A DNA stretch of 43,092 nucleotides. Source: Eledone cirrhosa (Eukaryota). The DNA lies in assembly GCA_964016885.1 (NCBI GenBank), contig CAXHJY010001378.1:1-43092 (forward strand), in the 5' to 3' direction. Made by a program: the position numbers and the translations under genes. Each line of letters starts with the position of its first letter. Position 1 is the first letter of the stretch. The notes under the pieces are model-generated. The model made no database searches, had not been told where the DNA came from, and worked only from the letters and a program-made list of their open reading frames with translations. Positions 1 through 14,423 of this stretch are shown in pieces.

Positions 1-68
1 TATTAAAATAACAGATTAAAGTTTAAAGCAAATAATCGCTTGCTTTCACACCTTAACGGGATCTTCAA
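1..68 (-). mobile_element. PLE pseudo-LTR fragment with a decayed HHR-like core; same family as 32652-32800
   Basis: Reverse complement TTGAAGATCCCGTTAAGGTGTGAAAGC...TTAAACTTTAATCTGTTATTTTAATA closely matches 32654-32714. It resembles CUGANGA-stem-GAAA with substitutions. Confidence 0.5.
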
Positions 69-351
69 TATATAAATATACATATATACATATATATATA
101 CATATATACATATATTATATACATATATATCATAAATATATACATATATATATACATATATACATATAGTACATACATATATACATATATATATATATAA
201 TATATATATATATATTATATATACCATATATACATATATACATACATACATACATATATACATATATTATATATATATATATATATATATACATTTATAC
301 ATAATTATATATATATTATATATATACATATATACATATATCCATACATCT

Positions 352-392
<41 letters not shown>

Positions 393-542
393 TTACAGAT
401 AGTAAGCATACGTATATACATCAAGATATATATATATACTTTATATATATATATATATACATATATATATACATATATACATATATACATATATATATAC
501 ATATATACATACATATATACATATATATAAATACATATATAC

Positions 543-598
<56 letters not shown>

Positions 599-605
599 CA
601 TATAT

Positions 606-636
<31 letters not shown>

Positions 637-704
637 TACATATATACTATATATACATATATTACATATATATATATACTATATATATACATAATATATA
701 CATA

Positions 705-736
<32 letters not shown>

Positions 737-744
737 ATATATAA

Positions 745-797
<53 letters not shown>

Positions 798-865
798 TAT
801 ATACATATATATATATATATACATATATATACATATACATATATATACATATATATAATATATAC

Positions 866-928
<63 letters not shown>

Positions 929-1036
929 CATATATATACATATATACATATATATAATATATATATATACATATATATATTATAACATATATACATATAT
1001 ATATATATATATATACATATATATACATATATATAC

Positions 1037-1067
<31 letters not shown>

Positions 1068-1078
1068 CATATATATAC

Positions 1079-1113
<35 letters not shown>

Positions 1114-1124
1114 CATATATATAC

Positions 1125-1177
<53 letters not shown>

Positions 1178-1182
1178 TATAC

Positions 1183-1215
<33 letters not shown>

Positions 1216-1324
1216 CATATATATATACATATATATATATACATATATATATATATACATATATATTATATAAATACATATATATATATACATTACATAC
1301 ATATATATATTTATATATATATAC

Positions 1325-1375
<51 letters not shown>

Positions 1376-1376
1376 C

Positions 1377-1409
<33 letters not shown>

Positions 1410-1420
1410 CATATATATAC

Positions 1421-1452
<32 letters not shown>

Positions 1453-1493
1453 ATATATATATATATACATATATATACATATATATATACATA
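69..1493. repeat. Imperfect (TA)n microsatellite with TACA interruptions
   Basis: Visible directly; source of the spurious IY-repeat ORFs. Confidence 0.97.
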
Positions 1494-3992
1494 TTTGGGG
1501 GACTTCAATGCACATCTGAGTAAGGAGGGCAGTGAAGATCCTTGCTGGTACTTCCATAACAACACCAACCGAAATGGAAGACTACTGAGAGACACCCTGC
1601 TGGAGGCGAACTTGATGGCGACCAACCTAAGGTTTAGGAAGAATCTGGGGAAGATGTGGACCTACATCTCAGATATGCACCTGTCCAAGTCCAGATTGAT
1701 TTCATTCTGGTGAGGAAAAAGTGGCGGAATAGTGTTCTGAACACGGAACCATACAGCTATTTCAGTACACTGGGTAGTGACCACCGGCTTGTTATGAGTG
1801 AGGTCCGCGTGAGCTTAAGAAAGAGCAAGGCTCAGCCCCGGAGAACAATCTATGACTGGGGAGCTTTCAAGGAAGATGATAAGCTACAGGAGAGGTTCAC
1901 AGTGGAAGTGAGAAACAGGTTTAGTGCTCTGTGTGGAGAGTCAGAGGAGAGAGAGATTGGATGGACTGAGGAGAGTGTGACGAGGAGGTACGAGCACTTC
2001 ACCAATGCAGTGGCGAAAGCAAGTGAAACCCTGGTGCCGAGGAAAAAGAACAAAGGGAAGCACGTCAGCTCTGCAGACCCAAAAGTGTGTGCAGCCAGAG
2101 AACACCTGAAAGCTGCCAGGGACCAATTCTATGCTGATCCGACGGAGGAGAGGATGGAGACTGTGGAGGTGATGAGGGAAGAGCTCTGTACCGCTTACAC
2201 TGAGGTCAGAGAGGAGGCACTGATAGAGAAGATCAGAAGTGTGGAGAGAGCGGTTGACAGATCTGGATGTAAGGAGAGCTGGATGATCATCAACGAGATC
2301 ACAGGGAGGAAGAAAAGGTGTTCGAGTCAGATCCAGGGAACGGGGCCCGAGGATAGGAAGAGGAAATGGCTAGACCATTTTAGGACCCTACTAGGAGAGC
2401 CACCCTCCACAGCCCAGAGCACCGGGGAGATCAGGCGGCTGTTTGAGGAACTGGATGTTGAGACAGAGCCCTTCACCAGAGAGGAGCTTCAGAGAGCCAA
2501 GAAGAAGATCAAGGAGGGCAAGGCTCATGGAGAAGATGGAGTAGCATCAGAGGTGATGAAGTGGTGTGATTTTGATGATATCATCCTGGGGTTCTGTAAC
2601 GGGGCACTGGAGAAAGGAGTTGCCCCGAATCAGTGGAGGATCAGTAACATCGTCCCAGTGCCAAAGAAGGGAGATCTCTCTAACACCAACAACTACCGGG
2701 GGATCTCACTGACGTCACTTGTGGCAAAGACCCTCAACAGGATGATTCTTAACAGGATCCAGCCTGAGATGGAGAAGAAGCTCAGGGACAACCAGAACGG
2801 CTTCAGAGAGGGTAGATCAACCACCAGTCACATCCTGATGCTGAGGAGGATATTAGAGGGAGCTAGAGCAAAGTGCCTTCCTGCGGTCATGGTTTTCATT
2901 GACTTTAGGAAGGCCTTTGATTCTGTGGACCGTTACTGCCTGATGAAGATCTTACAGGCTTATGGAATCCCCAAGAGGATAGTGGACCTGATATCACTGC
3001 TCTACACCAACACCAAAGCCCAAGTCATTACACCTGATGGGATGACAGAGTTCTTTGAGATACTGGCTGGAGTGCTCCAGGGAGATACATTGGCTCCCTA
3101 CCTTTTTATCATCGTAGTGGACTATTGTATGCGCCTTGCACTGGAGAAACACCAGGACTCTGGCTTTACTGTAGCACCGGCTCAGAGCAGGAGAGTTGGG
3201 GCGAAAAAGGTATCGGATGCTGAATTTGCCGACGACATAGTTTTGATGACAAATACAGTGAAGGAGGCAGAGGATTTGATGCGGGAGGTTGAGACTGTGT
3301 CGATGAGTGTGGGGCTGAGAATGAATGAGACTAAAACAAAATATCTGGTAGAGAATGTTGAGAAGCCAGAGGGGATCACTAATGTAGGCGGGAAGCCGCT
3401 GGAATTGGTTGAGGACTTCCTGTATTTGGGAGCAAAGATTGGGAATACGGAAGATGATGTGGTTGAGAGGAAGAGCAAGGCCTGGGCGGCGTGCCACAGC
3501 TTGAGATCGGTGTGGAAGTCGGACCTTCGTAGAGACCTGAAAATCCGCCTCTTCATTGCTGTAGTGGAGTCTGTGCTGCTGTATGGGTCTGAGACTTGGA
3601 CACTGACCAAGAGACTCACTCAGATGGTGGATGGGTGCTACACGAGAATGCTGAGGATGGCTCTGAACATTAATCAGTATACACTGAGGATGAAAAACTC
3701 AGAGCTGTATGGGAGCCTCCCAAAAGTCAGCTCAAAAGTGACACAGAGGAGACTGAGGTTGGCTGGACATGCTCACCGACATCCAGAGTTGACATTGCAC
3801 TCCGTGCTCCTTTGGGAGCCCCTACATGGACACACTGGAAGAGGAAGACCAAGGTTAACATATGTTGATGCCCTAAGGACAGACACTGGTCTGTTGGAGA
3901 CGCAGGACATGGCAGCGATAATGAGGGACAGAGACCGCTGGAGAGAACTCGTCCATGGATCTCGGGAATTTTACCCGCCTTAGATAGATAGA
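1494..3992 (+). mobile_element. 5'-truncated RTE-like non-LTR retrotransposon (C-terminal APE endonuclease plus RT) with one frameshift near 1693
   Basis: ORF 1495-1713 has the APE motif GDFNAH. ORF 1656-3983 continues with QIDFIL, NYRGISL, QNGFREGRST, FIDFRKAFDSV, GVLQGDTLAPYLF, FADD, FLYLG, LLYGSETW and GRGRP. The stop codon runs into a (TAGA)n tail. (TA)n flanks both sides. Confidence 0.93.
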
Positions 3993-3999
3993 TATATAC

Positions 4000-4057
<58 letters not shown>

Positions 4058-4141
4058 ATATATACATATACATATATATATATATACACATATATATATA
4101 TATATATACACATATATATATATACATATATATATATATAC

Positions 4142-4174
<33 letters not shown>

Positions 4175-4213
4175 CATACATATATATACATATATATACA
4201 TATATATATATAC

Positions 4214-4244
<31 letters not shown>

Positions 4245-4290
4245 CATATATATATATACATATATATACATATATATACATATATATATA
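3993..4290. repeat. (TA)n/(TACA) microsatellite
   Basis: Visible directly. Confidence 0.95.
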
Positions 4291-5105
4291 TTGTTATACT
4301 TTGGGAGGATCATGTTGCCAATAAGAAACACACGCACCAGTTGCTTTCACTTCAATTTATTATATATTTATAAATTTATAAATTTACAAATCTACAAACT
4401 TATAAATTATAAATTTCTGGTTGGTTGGTTGGTTCCACAACCAGATAGTTGTTTATATATATAGTCATAGTCCTTTCGTCACACACTCTGTGACCTCTTT
4501 AGTGACTGGGGATTCCTTTCTTCGTTTCTGTGCCTTTTCTTTCTTCTATCCTACGCCATTTTGTTTCTGTGTGTGTGTTGTGTGCTCAGTTTGCGCATGT
4601 GCCACATCCGGGTGTCTGTGTGTGTTTGTGTTCATTTATCTATTTGTTTATTTATTTATTTATTTATTGTTGGTTGGTTGTTTGTTCTATGTGTGTGTGT
4701 GTTTTCATTTTGTCCTTAATTGTAAGTTGTGATGTTGCTGTTCAACTCATATTTTCTATTTAATTTTGGTTTTAATTCTTTTATGCTTACTGCCTCTGTA
4801 ATTTGCCTAAACATTGCGTCTTTTCTGTGCGTGGATTCTATTTTTATTTCTATGCTCTCTAATCTACCCCTGTGTTCTACCTTAGCATGTTGGTAGAGCA
4901 CAGATGATTCTTTATTATCTTGGAGGTCTCGCCAGTGTTCATTTATTCGTTCCCCTATACTACGAGCTGTCTCACCTATGTACACTATATTTTTGTTTCT
5001 ACATTGTCCTTCAGTACATCTTATGCTATACACTACATTTCTAGTTTTACAGTTAATATGGGGGCTTATTTTACAGGTTATACATTTCTTATCTATACAT
5101 GAGGG
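4291..5105 (-). mobile_element. 5'-truncated Penelope-like element: GIY-YIG endonuclease end (4716-5105), 3' UTR and pseudo-LTR
   Basis: Translation CIDKKCITC...NVVYSIRC...[17 protein letters not shown]...ITEAVSI...LN is typical of a PLE GIY-YIG domain with a Cys linker. The 3' terminus recurs at 11831 and 27778. Confidence 0.88.
4463..4507 (-). ncRNA. Mutated minimal hammerhead ribozyme, probably inactive
   Basis: AGTCA-CTAAAGA-GGTCAC agagtgt GTGAC-GAAA-GGAC-TA-TGACT. Stems I and II are intact, but core G5 is changed to A. Confidence 0.7.
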
Positions 5106-6740
<1,635 letters not shown>

Positions 6741-6858
6741 AATAAGAGGAATTCCAACTTTGTCTGATTTACTCGTTTTATTTACAATCCTTTAAAATAT
6801 ATATAATATGGTATTATAATGAAATAGTATGGTAGAATATTAAATTCTAAGTGTTAAT

Positions 6859-6897
6859 TGAACAAGTACTTTCATGCTTTCGCAATCTTCAGGTTCA
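6859..6897 (-). ncRNA. Minimal type I hammerhead ribozyme in a PLE pseudo-LTR-like insert (about 6741-6937)
   Basis: TGAAC-CTGAAGA-TTGC gaaa GCAT-GAAA-GTAC-TT-GTTCA: 5-bp stem I, GNRA-capped stem II, palindromic stem III (AAGTACTT). Confidence 0.8.
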
Positions 6898-6937
6898 TGA
6901 TATGTGGTGACAGTCGAGTTTGCAATTTTCAACCACA

Positions 6938-7257
6938 GTATTGTGTGTACGGAAAATTAGACGTACCTTATCAACATCCTTATTAGACCGTATAAATAGC
7001 TGAAATACAGTTGATCATCTCGCCAAATTTGTTGACACCAACTCTCTGCCGCCAAAGAAATTCAGCTAAATACAAGGGGAATAAATCGTCGCTTGTCCCA
7101 TGTTGTCGACGGAGCTTTTTCTTCGCACAGCTCCAAGTGTTCTCTATGAGTTGTGTGTGCACATTAGGTTGGCGAGATGATCAACTGTATTTCAGCTATT
7201 TATACGGTCTAATAAGGATGTTGATAAGGTACGTCTAATTTTCCGTACACACAATAC
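6938..7257. repeat. 89-bp inverted repeat (6938-7026 and 7169-7257) with a 142-bp spacer
   Basis: The arms read as exact reverse complements by eye. Confidence 0.9.
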
Positions 7258-7410
7258 ACAAAAAAAGAAAAAGAAAAATAATCACACACGCAATACTAAA
7301 AAACAAACACATTCACTTGTCATAAAAATTAGTTTCACTTTCTCGAACGTTATATTTTACCTATGCCTATACATATATATACATATATATATACATATAT
7401 ATATATATAC

Positions 7411-7463
<53 letters not shown>

Positions 7464-7522
7464 CATATATATATATATACATATATATATATACATATTT
7501 ATATATACATATTTATATACAC

Positions 7523-7553
<31 letters not shown>

Positions 7554-7554
<1 letters not shown>

Positions 7555-7719
7555 TTCGACGGCTAATTCTGGACTAATTCAGTCCAGAATTAGCCGTCGA
7601 AACGGCTTGAGCTCAGCCGTCGGGCTCTTACTGGTTCCTATTACCCACTCTACTACCCTAAGTATTGAGTACTTTGGTGCGTTATGGTCCACCTGGTTCC
7701 TTACCACATTTCCTTCGTT
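7554..7719 (+). mobile_element. Short PLE pseudo-LTR end: 22-bp fold-back, 3' half of an HHR, bulged stem-loop
   Basis: Hairpin at 7554-7602, then GAAA-CGGCT tgagctc AGCCG-TC (stem III plus GUC site). Motif ACTC TACT acccta AGTA TT GAGT at 7647-7670. (TA)n flanks. Confidence 0.7.
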
Positions 7720-7754
7720 ATATATACATATATATATATATATACATAAATATA

Positions 7755-7784
<30 letters not shown>

Positions 7785-7786
<2 letters not shown>

Positions 7787-7900
7787 GATGAGATTCTACA
7801 GGACTAGAACTGTTTCATTCATTAGAAATCATCAGGAATCTCTGCTATGTATTGAGTACCTTACTTACTGTGGTTACCTCCGATTCAACCCGGAATAACG

Positions 7901-7902
<2 letters not shown>
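7785..7902. mobile_element. Internally inverted short PLE-type insert with a complete HHR on the minus strand (7791-7841); same family as 37961-38157
   Basis: Minus strand: AGATTC-CTGATGA-TTTC taat GAAT-GAAA-CAG ttctagtc CTG-TA-GAATCT. 7840-7902 is the family 3' end in plus orientation. Confidence 0.82.
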
Positions 7903-7956
<54 letters not shown>

Positions 7957-7967
7957 CACATATATAT

Positions 7968-9209
7968 AATTAAGTTAAAAGTGTACATCCACATATGTAT
8001 ACGGAAATATTAGTATGCATATAAATACACACATGTATACATATGTACCTGTACTGAGTTTTTCACTGGACACTTTACTGTGAGTGTCCAGCTAGTCTGT
8101 ATGTAACCAAACAGACAAACCGGGTTTTAGAGTCATACAGGTTTTCAAGGAAACACATTTCCTCTATTCTCCAGAGAGCCAGACAGGAATATTGGACTAG
8201 TTTCGATGTTATTACATTTCATCAGCAATATATACCCATCTTCCGGCTTCTCTAGAGAATCGTAAAAGCACATATCGTTATATGCTTTTTCTATGAAAAT
8301 TAGTAGTGGGCAGACTAATTTGCATAGAACGTGAGTCATTGTACGCACCGGTTCAGCGGAAACGATAAAAACAAATAACGAAACGAAATTAAATTTCGCT
8401 TATAACTCACTTTTGTATGACTGACGCTTAAACAATTAAGTTAAAAGTGTACATCCACATATGTATACGGAAATATTAGTATGCATATAAATACACACAT
8501 GTATACATATGTACATGTACTGAGTTTTTCACTGGACACTTTACTGTGAGTGTCCAGCTAGTCTGTATGTAACCAAACAGACAAACCGGGTTTTAGAGTC
8601 ATACAGGTTTTCAAGGAAACACATTTCCTCTATTCTCCAGAGAGCCAGACAGGAATATTGGACTAGTTTCGATGTTATTACATCTCATCAGCAATATATA
8701 CCCATCTTCCGGCTTCTCTAGAGAATCGTAAAAGCACATATCGTTATATGCTTTTTCTATGAAAATTAGTAGTGGGCAGACTAATTTGCTTAGAACGTGA
8801 GTCATTGTACGCACCGGTTCAGCGGAAACGATGTGCTTTTACGATTCTCTAGAGAAGCCGGAAGATGGGTATATATTGCTGATGAGATGTAATAACATCG
8901 AAACTAGTCCAATATTCCTGTCAGGCTCTCTGGAGAATAGAGGAAATGTGTTTCCTTGAAAACCTGTATGACTCTAAAACCCGGTTTGTCTGTTTGGTTA
9001 CATACAGACTAGCTGGACATTCACAGTAAAGTGTCCAGTGAAAAACTCAATACATGTACATATGTATACATGTTTGTATTTATATGCATACTAATATTTC
9101 CGTATACATATGTGGATGTACACTTTTAACTTAATTGTTTAAGCGTCAGTCATACAAAAGTGAGTTATAAGCGAAACGAAATTTAATTTCGTTTCGTTAT
9201 TTGTTTTTA
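7968..9209 (-). mobile_element. Retrozyme-like non-coding element: about 1.9 tandem copies of a 466-bp unit plus an inverted copy of about 380 bp, with three HHRs
   Basis: Units start at 7968 and 8434. 8831-9209 is the reverse complement of about 8366-8740. HHR ATATTG-CTGATGA-GATGT aata ACATC-GAAA-CTAG-TC-CAATAT at 8655-8697(-) and 8873-8915(+). The copy at 8189-8231(-) has one stem II change. Confidence 0.85.
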
Positions 9210-9361
9210 CATATATATATATATATACACATATATATATATATATACATATATATACATATATACATATATATATATACACATATATATACATATATAC
9301 ATATATATATATACACATATATATATATATATATATACATATATACATATATATATATACA

Positions 9362-10331
9362 CATCAAGCTCCAAAAGGTCATCAATGGCGTGGATGACCG
9401 GATAAGCCTTCAGTCAGACCTACTGGCTGTTACCCAATGGGCAGAAAAGAACAACATGTTACTGAACGAAGACAAATTTGAACTGATCCACTTTGGAAAA
9501 GAGGATGCTCTGAAACTCCCGTACTCCCTTCCCTCCGGGGAAACTCTCGTGGCATCTAACAACATCAGAGACTTGGGAGTAACCGTGGACAGCAATATAA
9601 GCTGGACCACGCATATAAGCAGCAAAGTTGACATGGCCCGCAGAATGTGTTCCTGGATCCTCAGAACCTTCCAGTCGAGAGATTCCCGCACCATTATCCT
9701 TCTCTTCTCTACTTTCGCCCGACCACACCTTGAATACTGTTGTCCACTGTGGTCTCCCCACACGAAACAAAGTATCATGAAACTTGAAGCTCCTCAAAGG
9801 GCAATCACGAAAAAGATAGATGGCATGTCAGACCTTGACTACTGGGGTCGATTAGAAAACCTGAAACTTTACTCACTCCAACGTCGCCGTGAGCGTTATA
9901 TTATCTGCATGATGTGGAAAATGTTCCATCATCACTGCCCAAATGATGTTGGCATCGCCTTCAAGATACACCCAAGGCTTGGGCCCCGTGCTATCCGTCC
10001 CATTCAAAAATCTAAATCGCAACTCATAACAACAATACGGCACAATTATTTCACCTCAATCGGCCCTGCTCTCTTCAACATCACACCAGGACACGTCAAA
10101 ACAGAAACTGACCACACAAAATTCAAGAAGTCTTTGGACAAATTCCTCCAAGTAATCCCGGACAAACCACCCACACCCGGATATGTCTCCGCAAACAGTA
10201 ATTCTCTTCTCGAATGGGCCATGGTGCCCAAATCCTGAATTGAAAGACTTCGCCAGGTGGTGCTATTAAGTTAGACATGGCCTGGGCCAATACTGGCCAA
10301 AACATTTCAAAGTTATTCAAAGTTAAAGTTA
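9362..10331 (+). mobile_element. 5'-truncated CR1-group LINE (RT C-terminus and 3' UTR)
   Basis: [59 protein letters not shown]. Stop at 10238, then a short AAAGTT-repeat tail. Confidence 0.9.
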
Positions 10332-10370
10332 TATATATACACATATATATATATACACACATATATATAT

Positions 10371-10463
<93 letters not shown>

Positions 10464-10478
10464 CATATATATATATAC

Positions 10479-10576
<98 letters not shown>

Positions 10577-10859
10577 TGTGTGTGTGTCAGCAGTGCTGGG
10601 ACCGGGGAGACTACGAATCAGAGGAGTGTTCTATACATGGCGTCGCAGTCGGGGGGGAGGGGGGTTATACGAATATGATGTGGTTGGTTAGATCTAATCT
10701 TGAAATTGGTTCGGGTAATTTACTGGGAGAAAGAGAGGAGATAAGGGAAAGAGAGGAGGGGAGGAAAGAAAGAAAGAATGCAGAAGGAAAGAGAGAAGGA
10801 AATAGAGAAAGAGGAGAGAAAGGGAGAAAGAAAGAGAGAAAGATGATAGTAGGGAGAAA

Positions 10860-11120
10860 GAAAAAGGGCTATATTGTTGAAGAAGATTAGGGATTTTAAT
10901 ACCCTATTTTATCCTTAAACGGTAATCACAGAAGTTCGGAAAACATGTCGCGTATGAAATGTTTTCAGTGTTTTTAGTTTCTCAAGTTTCCACAGTTTTA
11001 AATAAATTACACTGTGTGACTTCTTTACACATTATATAAAGTAAAGTCTCTTATACTCTACCAACGTATTGAGTACCTTCTTAAACTGGTCAACTCACGA
11101 TCCCTTTCGGGAATCTAAAT
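10860..11120 (+). mobile_element. Probable PLE pseudo-LTR 3' end
   Basis: Bulged stem TACTC TAC caac GTA TT GAGTA at 11054-11075, about 45 nt before the microsatellite. Only decayed HHR-like remnants lie upstream. Confidence 0.5.
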
Positions 11121-11125
11121 ATACA

Positions 11126-11830
<705 letters not shown>

Positions 11831-11832
<2 letters not shown>

Positions 11833-12065
11833 TGTTATACTTTGGGAGGGTCATGTTGCCAATAAGAAACACACGCACCAGTTGCTTTCACTTCAATTTA
11901 TTATATATTTATAAATTTATAAATTTACAAATCTACAAACTTATAAATTTCTGGTTGGTTGGTTCCACAACCAGATAGTTGTTTATACCCTCCCAAAGTA
12001 TAACAATATCGGTTTCAACACACGATTTCAGATAAAGAATCTTGCTAAACAAATTCAGAAACGAA
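11831..12065 (-). mobile_element. Second copy of the 4291 PLE 3' terminus with a short inverted terminal duplication
   Basis: 11831-11986 is nearly identical to 4290-4456. 11987-12008 (ACCCTCCCAAAGTATAACAATA) is the reverse complement of 11830-11851. Confidence 0.85.
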
Positions 12066-12202
<137 letters not shown>

Positions 12203-12272
12203 TATATATAGAAAGAGAGAGAGAGATAGATACATACATATATTTATTTATATATATATAGAGAGAGAGAGC

Positions 12273-12306
<34 letters not shown>

Positions 12307-12318
12307 GCTCTCTCTCTT

Positions 12319-12418
12319 TAGGTAATTATATTGTATTGTTTATTATACAGTAAATTTAGCTCTGTAACTTACATAGAGCGAGCACTCTTCTTTTCAATTT
12401 TTAACGGAAACTTCAATA

Positions 12419-12420
<2 letters not shown>
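12319..12420 (+). mobile_element. Probable short PLE pseudo-LTR 3' end
   Basis: GCTC TGTA act TACA TA GAGC at 12359-12379, about 40 nt before (TA)n. Confidence 0.45.
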
Positions 12421-12456
<36 letters not shown>

Positions 12457-12474
12457 TAGAGAGAGAGAGAGAGA

Positions 12475-12579
<105 letters not shown>

Positions 12580-12807
12580 AGAGAGAGACACACACACACG
12601 CATATATACACATACGTGTGTGTATATAAATGAAATGTGACAACTAGCTAGGATTTCGGGTTGACGTGACATAACTCCGAAAATAAAAGTTTTATTACAA
12701 TAGGAAAGGAAAAATACTTTCGTTCTTTCAACAGAAATACGTAAACATGGAATGTTACTGTTATTTCTTTTTTTTTCATAATACCTCAACTAAGCCACGT
12801 ACTTCGG

Positions 12808-12999
12808 GCCGAGGGGGGTAAACTCTACAAATATCGGTCACTCTCCGACAGGTCTGCGGTCGAGCCCGTAGCAGTGGAGACATCTGGTATCTTTTGTTGT
12901 CCCTACTCACCACTATCGACAAAGTTGGCTACCCGCAGGTGTGAACCTCACGAACTGGAATGGCTCTTCCAGCGCATCTCCCTCACCATCCTCTTGGGC
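12808..12999 (+). pseudogene. Decayed C-terminal restriction-like endonuclease of a CRE-type non-LTR retrotransposon
   Basis: Manual translation AEGGKLYKYRSLSDRSAVEPVAVETSGIF, then after a disrupted segment EPHELEWLFQRISLTILLG. This fits the AExxKxxKY...PxAVETxG...LxQRxSxxxxRGN pattern. Confidence 0.7.
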
Positions 13000-13260
13000 C
13001 CCCTTTTGCTCATAATAGTGAGAGAGTGGGAGAGACGGAGGCAGTGACAGTGGCAGATTGGTTCCATTGTGTTCGGACCTGGTGTATATGTATATATCTA
13101 TTTACCACACCACATATACATTTCATTGCCTGTAGATAATATATAATATCAATCAATCATAGATTTTCAACATGAACCTAATGTCATTTCGACAAATATC
13201 GATTATAGAAAAAAAAAGACATTTTTTTTTTCCTGTCTAAATTTTACGAATATAATAATT

Positions 13261-13460
13261 GTTTCTGCTTTAGGCACAAGGCCAACAATTTCAAGGGAGG
13301 GGGGAAAGTATTAAATTGACCCCAGTACATTACTGGTACTTTATTTTACCGACTCCGTAAGGATGACCTCGGCGGGATTTGAAGTCAGAACGTAAAGGGC
13401 CGTAACCCTATGCTGTAAAGCATGGTGTCCGACGCTCTACCGATTCTGTCAATACACCGC
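13261..13460 (-). mobile_element. tRNA-derived SINE, family A
   Basis: Minus strand has a tRNA-like head (TTGACAGAATCGGTAGAGCG...TTCAAATCCCGCCGAGG), core GTCGGTAAAATAAAGTACCAG and tail GGCCTTGTGCCTAAA, shared with at least 7 other copies in the window. Confidence 0.85.
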
Positions 13461-14423
13461 TTTTTTTTTTTTTTTTTTTTTTTTTTTACTAATATAATAA
13501 TAATTTACACTTTTAAAACCGTTTCTATAAATTGTTCAATTAAATATATATAAATTAATGAAAAAAAACGGTAGGTGTTGGGGGCTCTTGAAGTTAGGGT
13601 CATCCTTCGTTTTAGGTCTAACTTATGTAAACAATGGTTTTTTTTGGCAGTTTTTTTCAACCGGAAGTTGTTTGTTTTCACTTTCCCAGTCATAAACAGG
13701 TCAAATATAGGTTTGTTTTTCGTTTTTCTTTTAAAGAATAGCAAAAATTAAAATATTTTGTGCATGTGTGTTCACTAATCTCTGTGATGTACAGAGATTG
13801 TGTGTATATATGAGTATATATATATATATTATATATATATATACACACACACATACATATACATACTCACACACACAGACATATACATACATACTCACAC
13901 AGACACATATATATATATATATATATATACATACATACTCATACATACTCACACACACACAGACATATACATACATACTCACACGCAGTCATATATATAT
14001 ATAAAATATATACAGGCAATATTTATTAGAATGCTGTTGAAGTGTGTATACATTTTTGGGAAACCCTATATATATAGGACATAACCTGTTTAGTGATTAC
14101 GAATCAAAAATATACGACTTTCTGTACAAATATAGCCATAGTTATTGTTTACATAGTGAGGACCTAAAACGAAAGATTTCCAACTATTCTCATGCTGTGT
14201 ATATAGTTTATTTGTCGGCCCTTGTGGCCAATAAAGAAATTATTATTATTTTCATCATTATTTTCCTTCTCAAAACATGTACTTTTTCATCCTCTCGAGG
14301 TAAATAATCTACCACCCGTATGCTTTGTGACTGCAGCACGTATTTCAAAAGTCCTTCATTTGCTACCCCTCTGGCAAACAACGAACCTGCCTCCCATCAA
14401 TATAATTATTGATTTCTAAATAG

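Noticed and set aside
8411-8460. Possible opposite-polarity HHR in the 466-bp unit (CTGACG-CTTAA acaa TTAAG-TTAAAA), which would suggest a viroid-like ambisense RNA
   Set aside because: The core lacks conserved bases and stems I and III do not pair convincingly.
8145-8814. Duplicated 67-aa ORF as a peptide gene
   Set aside because: It has a non-ATG start, runs through the ribozyme, has no motif, and is duplicated only because of the tandem repeat.
10576-10890. 104-aa E/R/K-rich ORF
   Set aside because: It derives mostly from a purine-rich low-complexity tract; a faint resemblance to a GIY-YIG tail in another frame is too weak to call.
14044-14419. Short ORFs as host exons
   Set aside because: No recognisable domain and no splice-supported structure that I can defend from the sequence alone.
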